A DNA stretch of 63,437 nt, counting the filler, from Licmophora abbreviata (lineage: Eukaryota): NCBI GenBank assembly GCA_900291995.1. It is 12 parts of 12 records of this genome, joined end to end, with 100 filler letters (N's around TTAATTAATTAA, not from the genome) between each part and the next. Parts side by side here need not be neighbours in the genome. Positions count along the whole stretch, not along the records: positions 24,921 to 38,321 come from OLMU01003645.1; 11 more parts are not named here. One strand, 5' to 3'. This document shows positions 25,619-35,961 of the stretch, in pieces. Within the stretch, counting starts at the first letter, position 1. Every line of letters begins with the position of its first letter. A program made the translations under genes and the position numbers. The notes beneath the pieces were generated by a model. That model worked only from the letters and a program-made list of their open reading frames with translations. It searched no databases and had not been told where the DNA came from.

Positions 25619-27290
25619 ATGAAGCTCTTCGCAACTCTTGCGTTTCTCGCGTGTGTGCGTGCCGATTTCGGCAGCCTTCGCCGCGTACAGGAAACACCCT
25701 GTCTTGCCAGTGTCGATGACATTAACTTCAGTACCCCGTGTAGCACCTTTCGCGTTTTGAGAGATGTTTCGGCAGCTCTCCAAGGCCTTAACTGTCCTCA
25801 TGATGCCACAAAGGAGGCGATGCTTCTCACCGACACGAGTACTGCGCGTGCCGCGAAGCAGGCTCTCAAGGTGGAATGTGAGGTAGCGCCCGTTTCGGAG
25901 GGCGCTTGTCTTGATCTTGAAGATCTGTCGTTTCCATTATGCACCGGCGATGCCATCCTTGACTACATCAGCAGAGAGCTTCGCCAGGTTCGCTGCAGCC
26001 ACAACTCGATTACGGAGGCCATGCTTCTTACCGACACCAACTCCATTTTTGACGCCATGCCCTTGCTCAATTACAAATGCGAGCCATGTACTGATATTGG
26101 TGAGATCATCGAAGCCAATTTCTGTGATGCTGAGTCTATCATCGATGCGATTGATGATGCCCTATTTCCCTGCTTCCATGAAGCTACATTGGAGGTCCAG
26201 CTCTTGACAGGAACGACTTCTTTAGATGCGGCTCGCGCGTACATTGAGAACGTTTGCGCACCAGCTGTTGCTGCGCTCTGGCCAATTACACCGCTTTCCT
26301 CGTTCTCTGAAATTGATGATGTCTTCACCCCCGACTTCCTCCTGGAGTACACACAGGGTGGAACCTTCTTGAACAGTAAGTATTGGAACCCTCAATGACT
26401 CGTTTCTGCAACGCTAGCAGCCTTTCTAACTGATCTGATGTTTTGAACACCACAGCGGAGACCGGAAACTTCCAACGCAATGAGATCCTCCAGTTTCCCA
26501 CCGAGGGCGATGAATACGGCACCCGCGAGATCGGTGCAAACATTGCTGCCTTTCGTGGCGATGAAGCTACAAACACCATCATGAAGCAGAATGCCATCAG
26601 CGGCTGTCAGAACCAAGCCATCATGTGTTGCTTCGGACGCGATCGCCAGTCGAACGACAACAATGGCAACTGCGCCGCAACCGACTGCGTAGATGCTGAT
26701 CCGGCTGACAATTCTAATTTGTGCTACGTTGAAGATCCTGGGACCGGTGAAATTGATGTCTTCCCTCGCAACTCGGAAGGGGAGATTCACTGTCATGGTA
26801 TCGCCTGGGCCGACGACCTAAACCATCCTTCGTATCAATTCAAAGACAACAACTGGTTCTACGTCTCTTTGTACGATCACATGTACTCTCGTGGCTACGT
26901 CGAGAGCAGCGTGGACAAGTCTTTCCTGCCCATGTGTGGCTGTATTGAAGACATGCCTCCGGTGAGTCGTTCTGACTGCACTGAGATTGATGTCAACAAG
27001 AGTTTCTTGTCAGTCGTGATTCGGCTGATGGATATCTCAGTGTCGCGCTCAGCGACGTGGATGACTTGGAGGTTGAATTCAACTCTTGTCAAGGAATCGA
27101 TGCCAATGGGCGTCGCGAGGATAATGACTTGGCGTCCTACGTCAATAAGCTTGTCAAATACGAGCTATTGAGCACTGAAACACAGGACGAGATCTTCCAG
27201 GTTCTCGTTGGGCATGCCCAGCCGAACAACAACCTCAATGAAGAAGCATGCACTGCTGCAGTGGAGAAAGCTCTCGGAGGAAGCCCCTAA
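25619..27290 (+). CDS. Secreted Cys-rich protein with three N-terminal ~58-aa repeats and a C-terminal Cys-rich domain; intron ~26376-26455; frameshift near 27008
   Basis: Signal peptide MKLFATLAFLACVRA. CxHxxxxExxLLTxT repeats. CCFGRDRQSNDNNGNC...DPADN...HCHGIAW...PMCGCIEDMP domain. Confidence 0.8.
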
Positions 27291-27708
27291 GAGTCTTCCG
27301 CTCGACAACTGCTGTGCTTCGTCATCGTTGGCTACTACACGTTTCATTAATCGGCATCAGCACTTCTTGCTTGGTTTTGATCGATTTTCGTATTAAGCGG
27401 TTTGGATGCAATTCGGATGGTCCAACACCAAAGAAATCATAGGAAAGACTTATTGACTGAAATTATGCACTAGAGTCTAGCGTATAGGGCTGCCTACTTT
27501 GTCGCAACTACACCAAGAACACATCATGATTGGGGGGGGGGGGGTCAGTTGCGGGATAGTTCTGTCCTGCGTCCGCCAAAAGTGGGTTCCTGTCCAAGAA
27601 ACACGTCACAGTTTTCCGACGCATCACAATGGTGGAAACGACGGCTGCGCCTGTACTCCCATAGCTCACAAGAAGAAGTAACATAGACGGATCTCTGCCC
27701 CCTTCACC

Positions 27709-28522
27709 ATGAAGGCCACCACGACGCTCAGTTTTTGCTTGCTCGCTACATGTGGCTTGATAGTTGATGCTTTCGTGCCCCTGAACTCACAATCGGCGTT
27801 TTCCTCGTGGACGACGACACGGACATCGCCGCTGCACGTGGCTGACCCTACTTTCGTTGGAGATACTTTGTCGCATGCGTGGTCTTCCTACAATGAAGCT
27901 TTGGAAGCCAGTCCAATTGTGGTTAAGAGTGTTACTGCTGGTGTCATTCTGGGAGCCGCTGATCTGGCTGGTCAATCTATTGAGCAACGGCAACGTGACA
28001 CTACTTCATCGATAGAGATTGACGTGGCTAGAGCAGCTCGTTTCGCGTTCTTTGGATTCATCTTGCAAGCTCCTTGGAATCACTTTTACTATCTTATGCT
28101 GGATGGAGCTCTCCCACCCACGGCCGAACCCTGGACCCCCACTACTGCCATTAAGACCGTCATCGATCAGTTTGTGCAGGCTCCGATCTTTACGGTGCTG
28201 ATCTTCGGGTTCCTGGGCTTCTTGGAAGGGAAAACGACTCAAGACATTCAGAAGCAACTTGAAGAGGATTATACTGACACCATGCTTGCGAATTGTACGT
28301 TATGAGAGACGTCCACCAGCTTTGCGGAAGCGCGCATGATCATGTCGCCGTCTCATTCTCCTCATCAACTCTATCCTCGTGTCTTTAGGGAAGCTATGGG
28401 TACCCGCTACAGTGGTCAATATTGCCTTCGTTCCGCCATTGTTTCGTGTTTTGTACTTGAACTGCGTCTTTTTCTTTTGGTCGATATTCCTCTCGCTCAA
28501 GCTCAACAAAGACAAGTCATAG
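27709..28522 (+). CDS. Mpv17/PMP22 family membrane protein with plastid-type presequence; intron 28295-28388
   Basis: VDA-F cleavage motif, KSVTAG...DLAGQ, KTVIDQFVQAP and NWKLWVPATVVN...VPP...RV. Confidence 0.9.
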
Positions 28523-28613
28523 TCGAGAATAGGTAATCCGTCGTATTCATAGAGAGACTCAAAATTATGCTAAGCGTAACTTTCACTTCTATCATATGTC
28601 CCGAGTGTTAACG

Positions 28614-30003
28614 CTAGCTGCGCCGCAGAGTCCCTCTTGTTGCCAGCAGCGCTGCAATGGCGCCCCCCGCCGCCAGTACTCCCAATGCGATACTCTTAGA
28701 TAGCAAAGACTTTGCGCGGACACCTGAGGGTCGCCTCTGGTGCTTATCAAACTCCTCTGGGGATATCCACAAAACGCCATCCCCGCCCACAGACGAAGTA
28801 AAACATGTCAACTTCCATGGATGCCGTTCGTGCTGCAAAGCAGACTGGATCGTTTGTCCCATTCCACTCTCGCCCTTGAGACCTCCTGGTCGCAACAAGG
28901 TCATGGCACATCCACCGCCACCAGCGCCCGTCAGTTTGCAAGCCGCCTCTGTCCCAGCGACGTTGTCGACGACCCCACAGATGCAATCGAGGCTCGGGTG
29001 GGAAACACCAATTGCACGCAGCAGGAGCTGGTTGGTTCGCACAAGTGTCATGATTTCATGTCCGTGGGATTCGACATCGTTCGACAGTAAAATCTCCCGA
29101 AATTGTCTGTACGGAGGAAGGAGAAGGTGAGCTTTCCATGCTGAACTCGTGTACACATTCTCCGTTTTACAAGTACCTCGCAATAGCACCCATGGCATCC
29201 AGCATGCCCAGCACCATTGGCGTGTATTGATTGTACATGGTGCGAACGCCCGCCACGAGCTTCTTCGTCGATCGAGGGACATGCGTGTGAGTAAGTATCA
29301 GCGTTAGCGGAGGCATGGTCAAGTTTTCCATATGGATTGTGTTTGCCTCTATGTTTTTCGTAAAGACAATGGCACCGCCATAGCTCGAGACGGCATTGTC
29401 TATGCCTGACGGCGTTCCATGTAGCAATATTTCGGCATAAAAGGCGTATTGATTGATGATATCAAGGTCAGTCGATGGTGGTCTACCCAGTGGCAGTAGC
29501 GATGATGATGGGGCAGTTCTCAGCATGTTCAGTCGGTACAGTGCGGCAGTACATGCCACACTAAAGCCCGCACTGGAGCCAAGCCCTGCACCCACGGGAA
29601 GATCGTGCGAGCTTACTGCAACGTCCAGTCCCTCTTTGAAAAAATCTGGAGCAAGAACGTTCATCAAGTACACCAGTGGTGTCACAGCCGAGACACCCAG
29701 CTCGTCCAACGGCGCGTCCAATGACGATAGCCTCTGGTGTATCTTTTCCGCATCCTCCTGTGTCGGTGGCTCGTTCAACGATGAAATCTCGATCTCGCTC
29801 GATTCAATTTCCACAGAAACTGGACTCGGGAGGTCCTTCATGGATATGCGGATGGTCCCTCTTCCATTCGAAGGCACGAGTCTCACGTAAATGCGCAGGT
29901 CCGATAGAGCGGCTGCCACGGCGGGCTGTCCGTACACGACGGCATGCTCTCCAAACAAAATCACCTTTCCTGGTGCCGAGGCGCAGGCAGTCGTAGACGA
30001 CAT
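28614..30003 (-). CDS. MVK: Mevalonate kinase (GHMP family); intron 29107-29176
   Basis: SAPGKVILFGEHAVVYG, LPVGAGLGSSA, HGTPSGIDN and KLTGAGGGGC. Confidence 0.93.
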
Positions 30004-30321
30004 GGTGTCAAAAAAAAGGAACGTCGTCGTCGGCCTCCGGTCCGGTTGCCTCGCAAGACGATGCCAATGAATGGGATGGTGAAGCGTTCCTCGCGTCGTC
30101 GGTCGTCGCGTTGAGAAAGCTGCCAAAAAGGATTCAAATTTCCAGATTTAAAATTACCCAAACTTCCATTTTTTGATTTCTGTCAATGACGCACGTAAGT
30201 AGGTTCTACCTAAGGTTCTACGAAGATGTTCCAATAGATTCCGTGCAAGAATTCCGGGGAAAGTCCAATGATATGAATTTGTCAAACTCTCTCGGGATGT
30301 CACAATATCTCACCTCTCACC

Positions 30322-32509
30322 ATGACGAAGGCGGAAGAAGCGACGATCGAAACGCCCGTCGTGGCGGACGATATTGACATCGACCCCGAGGCCGGCAACT
30401 TCCGACAGGGAGATCTCCAGCGAGCCGATACGAGCGAGCTGATCCGTCATGAAGACCCTTTTGCCAAGCGCGAAGGAAAGACCCTCACCTGGCAGCATGT
30501 CAACATGACGTTGGTAAGTTTGAAAAAAGGTTGCGTCTGTGGAGTGAGAAAGTCAGTCTCTGGTGGCAATTGGAGTCTAAGCCTGTTTTCTTTCCTCTTG
30601 TTAGGCCGCAAAGAAGGACGAGCCCGAACGCAAGCTCCTCGACGATGTCTGGGGTGAAGTTCCTCAGAAGGAGACCACTGCCATCATGGGTCCTTCTGGA
30701 GCGGTAAGTTTGTTTTGTGCTAGTCAGACCACCGTGGCTAGGTTTTGCAGAGCCTAATTTGTTTGCTTCAAATTTTCCTGTAAACGCAGGGTAAAACGTC
30801 TCTACTGAACATTCTGGCTGGCCGTGCCAGTACTCATGGACGCATCACTGTGAATTCAGATCTCCGCCTCAACAACTTTGTTGTCGATACCACCAAGGTT
30901 GCCGTGCGCAAAAACATTGCTTTTGTCGCACAGGATGATTCGCTCCAGGTCACCGCGACGCCACGTGAGGCCATTCGATTCTCGGCCAAGCTCCGTCTTC
31001 CTCGTTCCACTACCGATGACCAGCTCGACAAACTCACCAAGCGTATGCTCAAAGAGCTCGGACTCACGTCGTGCGCTGATACTATTATCGGAGGTGCACT
31101 TATCAAGGGTATCAGCGGTGGTGAACGGAAGCGTACCAGCGTCGGAGTTGAGCTCGCGGTCAAGCCTGCGTTGGTCTTCTTGGATGAGCCAACCTCCGGG
31201 CTCGACAGCTTCAGTGCTGTCCAGCTTTGCCAGGTCCTAAAGAAAGTTGCCAATGCAGGTGCCAGTGTGTTGTTTACCATCCATCAGCCGGCCTCTGAGA
31301 TATTCAACTCGTTCGACCATCTCATCCTTATGAACAAAGGTCGTGTCATGTATCAAGGCGCCGTGTCGAATGTCCCTACGTTCTTTGCCGAACGCGGTCA
31401 CCCCAACCCCCCCAATTACAACCCAGCGGATTGGCTCATGAACGTGGCACAGTCGGTGGATCTTGAGCAGTTGAACAAGGATGGTTTCTTCCCCACAGAC
31501 GAGCGCAACATGCCTGAAGCCTTCACTCAAGAAGAAGGAAAGGATGAACTCGGAATTACCATCACGGGTCACGGAGCCGAGGCAGAGTGGGACGACCGTC
31601 CCGTCTCGATGCTTACGGAAATCTCAATGCTCTTTCGCCGCGAATTGACCAATTTGCGTCGTGACACTGTCGCAATCGGATCGCGCTTCGGTCTCACGGT
31701 CTTTCTTGGCTTACTGATTGGTGTCATTTTCCTCGATGTCGGAAAGACCGATCGCTCTGTAGGAATCAACGTCAACAGTACTTTCGGAGCACTAATCATG
31801 GTCCTGCTGATGTCAATGTTTGGGACTGCTCAGCCCGCGTTGCTGTACGTGACTCCTTGCTGTTATCATGCTCTGGGGAAATTCGGTCGATTTGAGAACT
31901 TGTCTCACAGAATTTCGCCCTACTTTATCTCATAGGGCCTTTCCCGATGAGCGTCCAGTCTTTTTGCGTGAATATTCAACCAATCACTACTCGGTGGTGT
32001 CGTACTTCTTGGCCAGGTTGACCATGGAAGCAGTCATTACCTTCTTGCAGGTCTTGGTTATGGTGGTCATTACGTTCTTTATGATTGGATTCCAAGGCAA
32101 TTTCTTCTATTTCACCTTGATAGTGTATGCACTAGCCATGGCAAGTACGGCCTTGGCCGTGGTCTTGGGATGTGCCGTGGAGGACCCAAAGCTTGGCCAA
32201 GAGATGTTGCCCATTCTCTTTGTCCCGCAGATGCTCTTTGCCGGCTTCTTTGTGTCGCCCGAGTTGATTCCTTCGTGGCTTCGTTGGGCACGCTACCTGT
32301 GTACGCTCACCTACGCTGTGCGTCTTGCACTTGTGGAAGAGTTTGAAGATTGTTCTTCGTCGGAGCCGAACTGCGCGAATATCCTCAAGAATGTTGAAGC
32401 CGATCCGGACGAGACTTGGTGGTACTGGCTAGTCCTCTTGCTGCTCTTTGCCGTGTTCCGCCTCGGTGCTTTGTATATTTTGCGCGTCAAGGCGACCAAG
32501 TTCTTCTAG
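30322..32509 (+). CDS. ABCG (White-type) half transporter; exons 30322-30513, 30605-30703, 30790-31844, 31936-32509
   Basis: Spliced Walker A GPSGAGKT, ISGGERKR, FLDEPTSGLD and TIHQP. NBD precedes the TMD. Confidence 0.95.
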
Positions 32510-32661
32510 AGGGGGCAAGGAATTCTTGTAAGTGGAGACGAATGTGTCTTTCATCCGATAATAGCCCGAGGGACAAAAATAAGTGAGCATGTTTACGGCA
32601 TTATTCTCTCATTTTAGTGCTACTGTAGCCGCGCCGCCCTGTTTGTGTGTCTCATATTGAC

Positions 32662-33270
32662 CTACGATGAGTGCTTATGACGCTTCCGTTCTCCAAATTC
32701 CGTCATGCTCCCTGCCGAAATCACCCCCACTCGCGCATTGACACCCTCCTGCGTTGCAAAGATGCTGTTCGTATCCGTGCGCTTCTTTCCCTTTTTCGAT
32801 TGAAAATTCTGCCAGCTCTGCTGCTTCTTTGTGGACTCGGCGTCTTTCTTCTTTGCACGCCACTTGCTCTTGAGCGCTTTCACCGCACGTCTCTTGCGAT
32901 TCGTTTCTGCTTCGGTGTCCGTATCCTGCGCCTGAAGGTGTTCCGGAATCTCAAAGTCTTTGATCTTTTTGACCTTTTTCTTTTTCAAATCCTCCGGATC
33001 TCCGGATGCTGGTGCTGGTGGTAGGGATAAAGTGGCGGCGGCTTCGAGTGGTGATTGAGCTTCAGAAGACTGTTCAATTGGCTGACGCTCCACCTCGTCA
33101 GCTGTATCAGTAGAACTAGAAGCTGCCGACGACCTGGTCAAAGCGAGGAGTTCCTCGAGATCTTTCTTGAGGCTGAGCAGGGACTCGTCTTCCGGCGACG
33201 TTGCGAGAAGGTCCGTCACGTTCGCCAGCTGGCTTTCGTATTCCTGAATTTGTGCCGCGGGAGTTTCCAT
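32662..33270 (-). CDS. SPF30/SMNDC1-like splicing factor, no Tudor domain evident
   Basis: N-terminal YESQL..V...L...P....LLSLKKDLEELLALT and C-terminal QSWQNF..K...SIFAT......RVGV. Confidence 0.7.
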   Translation of the reverse strand: METPAAQIQEYESQLANVTDLLATSPEDESLLSLKKDLEELLALTRSSAASSSTDTADEVERQPIEQSSEAQSPLEAAATLSLPPAPASGDPEDLKKKKVKKIKDFEIPEHLQAQDTDTEAETNRKRRAVKALKSKWRAKKKDAESTKKQQSWQNFQSKKGKKRTDTNSIFATQEGVNARVGVISAGSMTEFGERKRHKHSS

Positions 33271-33771
33271 TCTTCTTCAGCGATGTAAAAAGCCTTCCGT
33301 GGATTGTCAATGTAAGCAATGAAAAGAGTGCGGACTTTAGCGACAGGGTGGGGCTACAAACAGGGTGGAACGTTGCGACAGCGACGAGTGTCTCGTGGAT
33401 TCGATTCATTCAGCACGTGGCTCGTGTTCATGAGTCGAAGGAGTCACGACTATTTTTCGTTTGGCGATATCTTACGAGGTCTACCTCGTATGCCTCGTTT
33501 TTGAATTCCAAACGCTAAACATGACCGGTATACGGCTACTTCCACTCGTAGCTTCTTCGTACCCGTATGATGACAGACAGATTTTCCCTGCCCCTTCAAA
33601 ACGTACGCGTGTGTCCCGCCCATTTTTCTCGCTTTCTCACATTGAAGTCGACAGATCCATCACTTCATGACACCGCCCTGCCCGACAAGTTCTTTCCCCT
33701 TCTTGCATTGATTTCGACGGTAGCCCACATACATCAGTCGAATCTGATTGTCGCGTTCACCGGTGCTTCAC

Positions 33772-34260
33772 ATGTCGAGCAAACAGGCTCACTCCAGAAA
33801 CTTTATTGTAAGCTCGACATTCACCGGCCATTCTACTCCCACCACGACTACCACTACTAGCGCAGAACAAACTGAGCCGGACCGACCGTCACGGGAACCT
33901 TTGGAGCAGCAAGAAGATCAGGCATCGAGTACTCGCATACATCAGCATCGTGGAGAGGAGGAGCACAACGGCTCTTCATTCTCAAACTACTTTCAATTTC
34001 TTCGCAAGACAATACGGACGCTCATGAATGCCGCCGTCACCATTTTTGGCCTGGGCATCGGAGTCGGGCTCATTCTGGGAGACTCGCTCCGACATCGCAC
34101 TCCTGTGCGATTTGCAGCTGAAGTGGAGGAGCCTCGAGCAGGTGCGAATGGTCACCTTGTAGACAATAGCAGTACATCGCCGTCTTGTGGACGGCCGACC
34201 AACCGAAATGTGCAAGAAGCGCCCGTATCTACAGCGGCAGCACTGTTGCCTGCACAATAG
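33772..34260 (+). CDS. Hypothetical single-TM protein
   Basis: ORF with TM segment AAVTIFGLGIGVGLILG. No recognisable domain. Confidence 0.4.
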   Translation: MSSKQAHSRNFIVSSTFTGHSTPTTTTTTSAEQTEPDRPSREPLEQQEDQASSTRIHQHRGEEEHNGSSFSNYFQFLRKTIRTLMNAAVTIFGLGIGVGLILGDSLRHRTPVRFAAEVEEPRAGANGHLVDNSSTSPSCGRPTNRNVQEAPVSTAAALLPAQ

Positions 34261-34563
34261 CATCGCGTGAAGACGGCAAACGAAGGGATATCGTGAGGGA
34301 TTTCTGGTAAAATAGGCGTACCTGGATCGGAAACGACAATGGCTGCCACCATGTGGCGGACTGTGACGCGACGACGACCGACGACGACAGGCCTCTCTCA
34401 GCGCTCGCCAGAACATACGATACGACTACTTCTAGCTAGACCAGGCATGCGCGTAAGTCTACAAAGGACAAAATTAGCAATAACTAAGCCTTTACCGACC
34501 TTGCTATCTTTCGCTTTTGTATGCTGACATTTCAACGCGATATTATAATCTCTAGCTCAAGAG

Positions 34564-35487
34564 CTACTGTTCTTTCTTGCCGCTCGGCGCCTCGTCGAGC
34601 GTCGGTAGAACACTGTATACTGCGTCGAAACATTGCTTCTTGATGCTTTCCTTGTCTTCTGTTCCTGTTATTTGAATCGACTTATGAACTGTCAGTACGA
34701 TTGGATCTGGCGCGCCTCCAAACGGCAGTGGATACCATCGATTCCATGCATCCAACGGAATGTCAATAGAAATAGGGACAAGCGTACTCTTGTTGGCAAA
34801 CGCAACTCTGAAGGCCCCATCTTTGAATGGGAGCTGCTCTTCCATACGCCGTGTCCCTTGGGGAAAGAAGAACATGGGAATGCCTGATTGCACGGCCGCA
34901 TTGGACTTGTCGTACAGGGTCGCGACAGAAGTCTTGTTCTTCCCTGTCTTGCGGTTGATCAGGACGTGGCCAGAGAGGAACATAATTTGACCGACGCCGG
35001 GCAAGTAGACGACGGACTGTTTGGAGATCCATTTGAAACGTCGTTTCAAGAAATAGACCGATCCAATATCAATCTGGGAGGCATGGTTGGCCACGTAGAC
35101 CGGTGCAGGGCTGCTGAGCTCGTCGGGCGGTAAATTCGCCGCACCCACCACCTTGACTGGCCCTACGAATCCACGGATGCACATCCATCCAACGAAAGAT
35201 TCGACCCAACCATGACTTTCTTTTTCCGCAGATCCTATCAGTAAGTATTTCGGAAAGAGCAATACGGCGCCGACCAGACAGCAACCCATCCAGACGACGT
35301 TGAAGAGATACACCTTGAGCTGCCCGTAGAGTGACAAGGATGGCACTGATGGTGACTTCCATATCTTGTACTCCTGATACACTGAAGCTAAGGGAACTAG
35401 GAGTACAGTCGAAGCATATACCAGAAAGGCCCGCAATGTGTATTCCCCAATCGTGGATACTACGACGGAAACCGAGGAGAGAGACAT
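34564..35487 (-). CDS. 1-acyl-sn-glycerol-3-phosphate acyltransferase (LPAAT/PlsC family)
   Basis: NHASQID (HxxxxD), FFPQGTRR and PFKDGAF motifs, plus N-terminal TMs. Confidence 0.92.
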   Translation of the reverse strand: MSLSSVSVVVSTIGEYTLRAFLVYASTVLLVPLASVYQEYKIWKSPSVPSLSLYGQLKVYLFNVVWMGCCLVGAVLLFPKYLLIGSAEKESHGWVESFVGWMCIRGFVGPVKVVGAANLPPDELSSPAPVYVANHASQIDIGSVYFLKRRFKWISKQSVVYLPGVGQIMFLSGHVLINRKTGKNKTSVATLYDKSNAAVQSGIPMFFFPQGTRRMEEQLPFKDGAFRVAFANKSTLVPISIDIPLDAWNRWYPLPFGGAPDPIVLTVHKSIQITGTEDKESIKKQCFDAVYSVLPTLDEAPSGKKEQ

Positions 35488-35961
35488 GCTTTTGCTGAAA
35501 GACTATGTGTGTGTTTGCGAATGGTCTCAGCCCACTCCAAAACTAACTCCTTTTCTTTTCTTTTCTCTCACTTCCAAGCCGGACGTCCAACAGTGTTTAC
35601 GAACGGAACCGATCGTTCGAACGTTCGGTAGACTCAAAGTTCGCTCTTATTATGACAACGAGAATGTGACGATTGTGTTCACGACTTTCATCATCATCGT
35701 CATCCCGCGTTGATGAAGGCGCAAAACACGCTGTTCAATCACGTAGGATCTCTACGTGATTTTGTACTGCATTTTAAAGAAGTTAGCGTCTGGGCGTCGC
35801 TCCTATAGTCTGACCGCCGATGGCCGCGCGCGATGATGGACACAAACCTTTTCTAGATTGATTCGAATCATGCATTCACATTCGCCGTTCATTGCTGCCG
35901 CCGTCTGTGATAGAGCCTCTCATTCTCCCCCTTTTTGCCTTGTACCACCTTCATTTTCATC

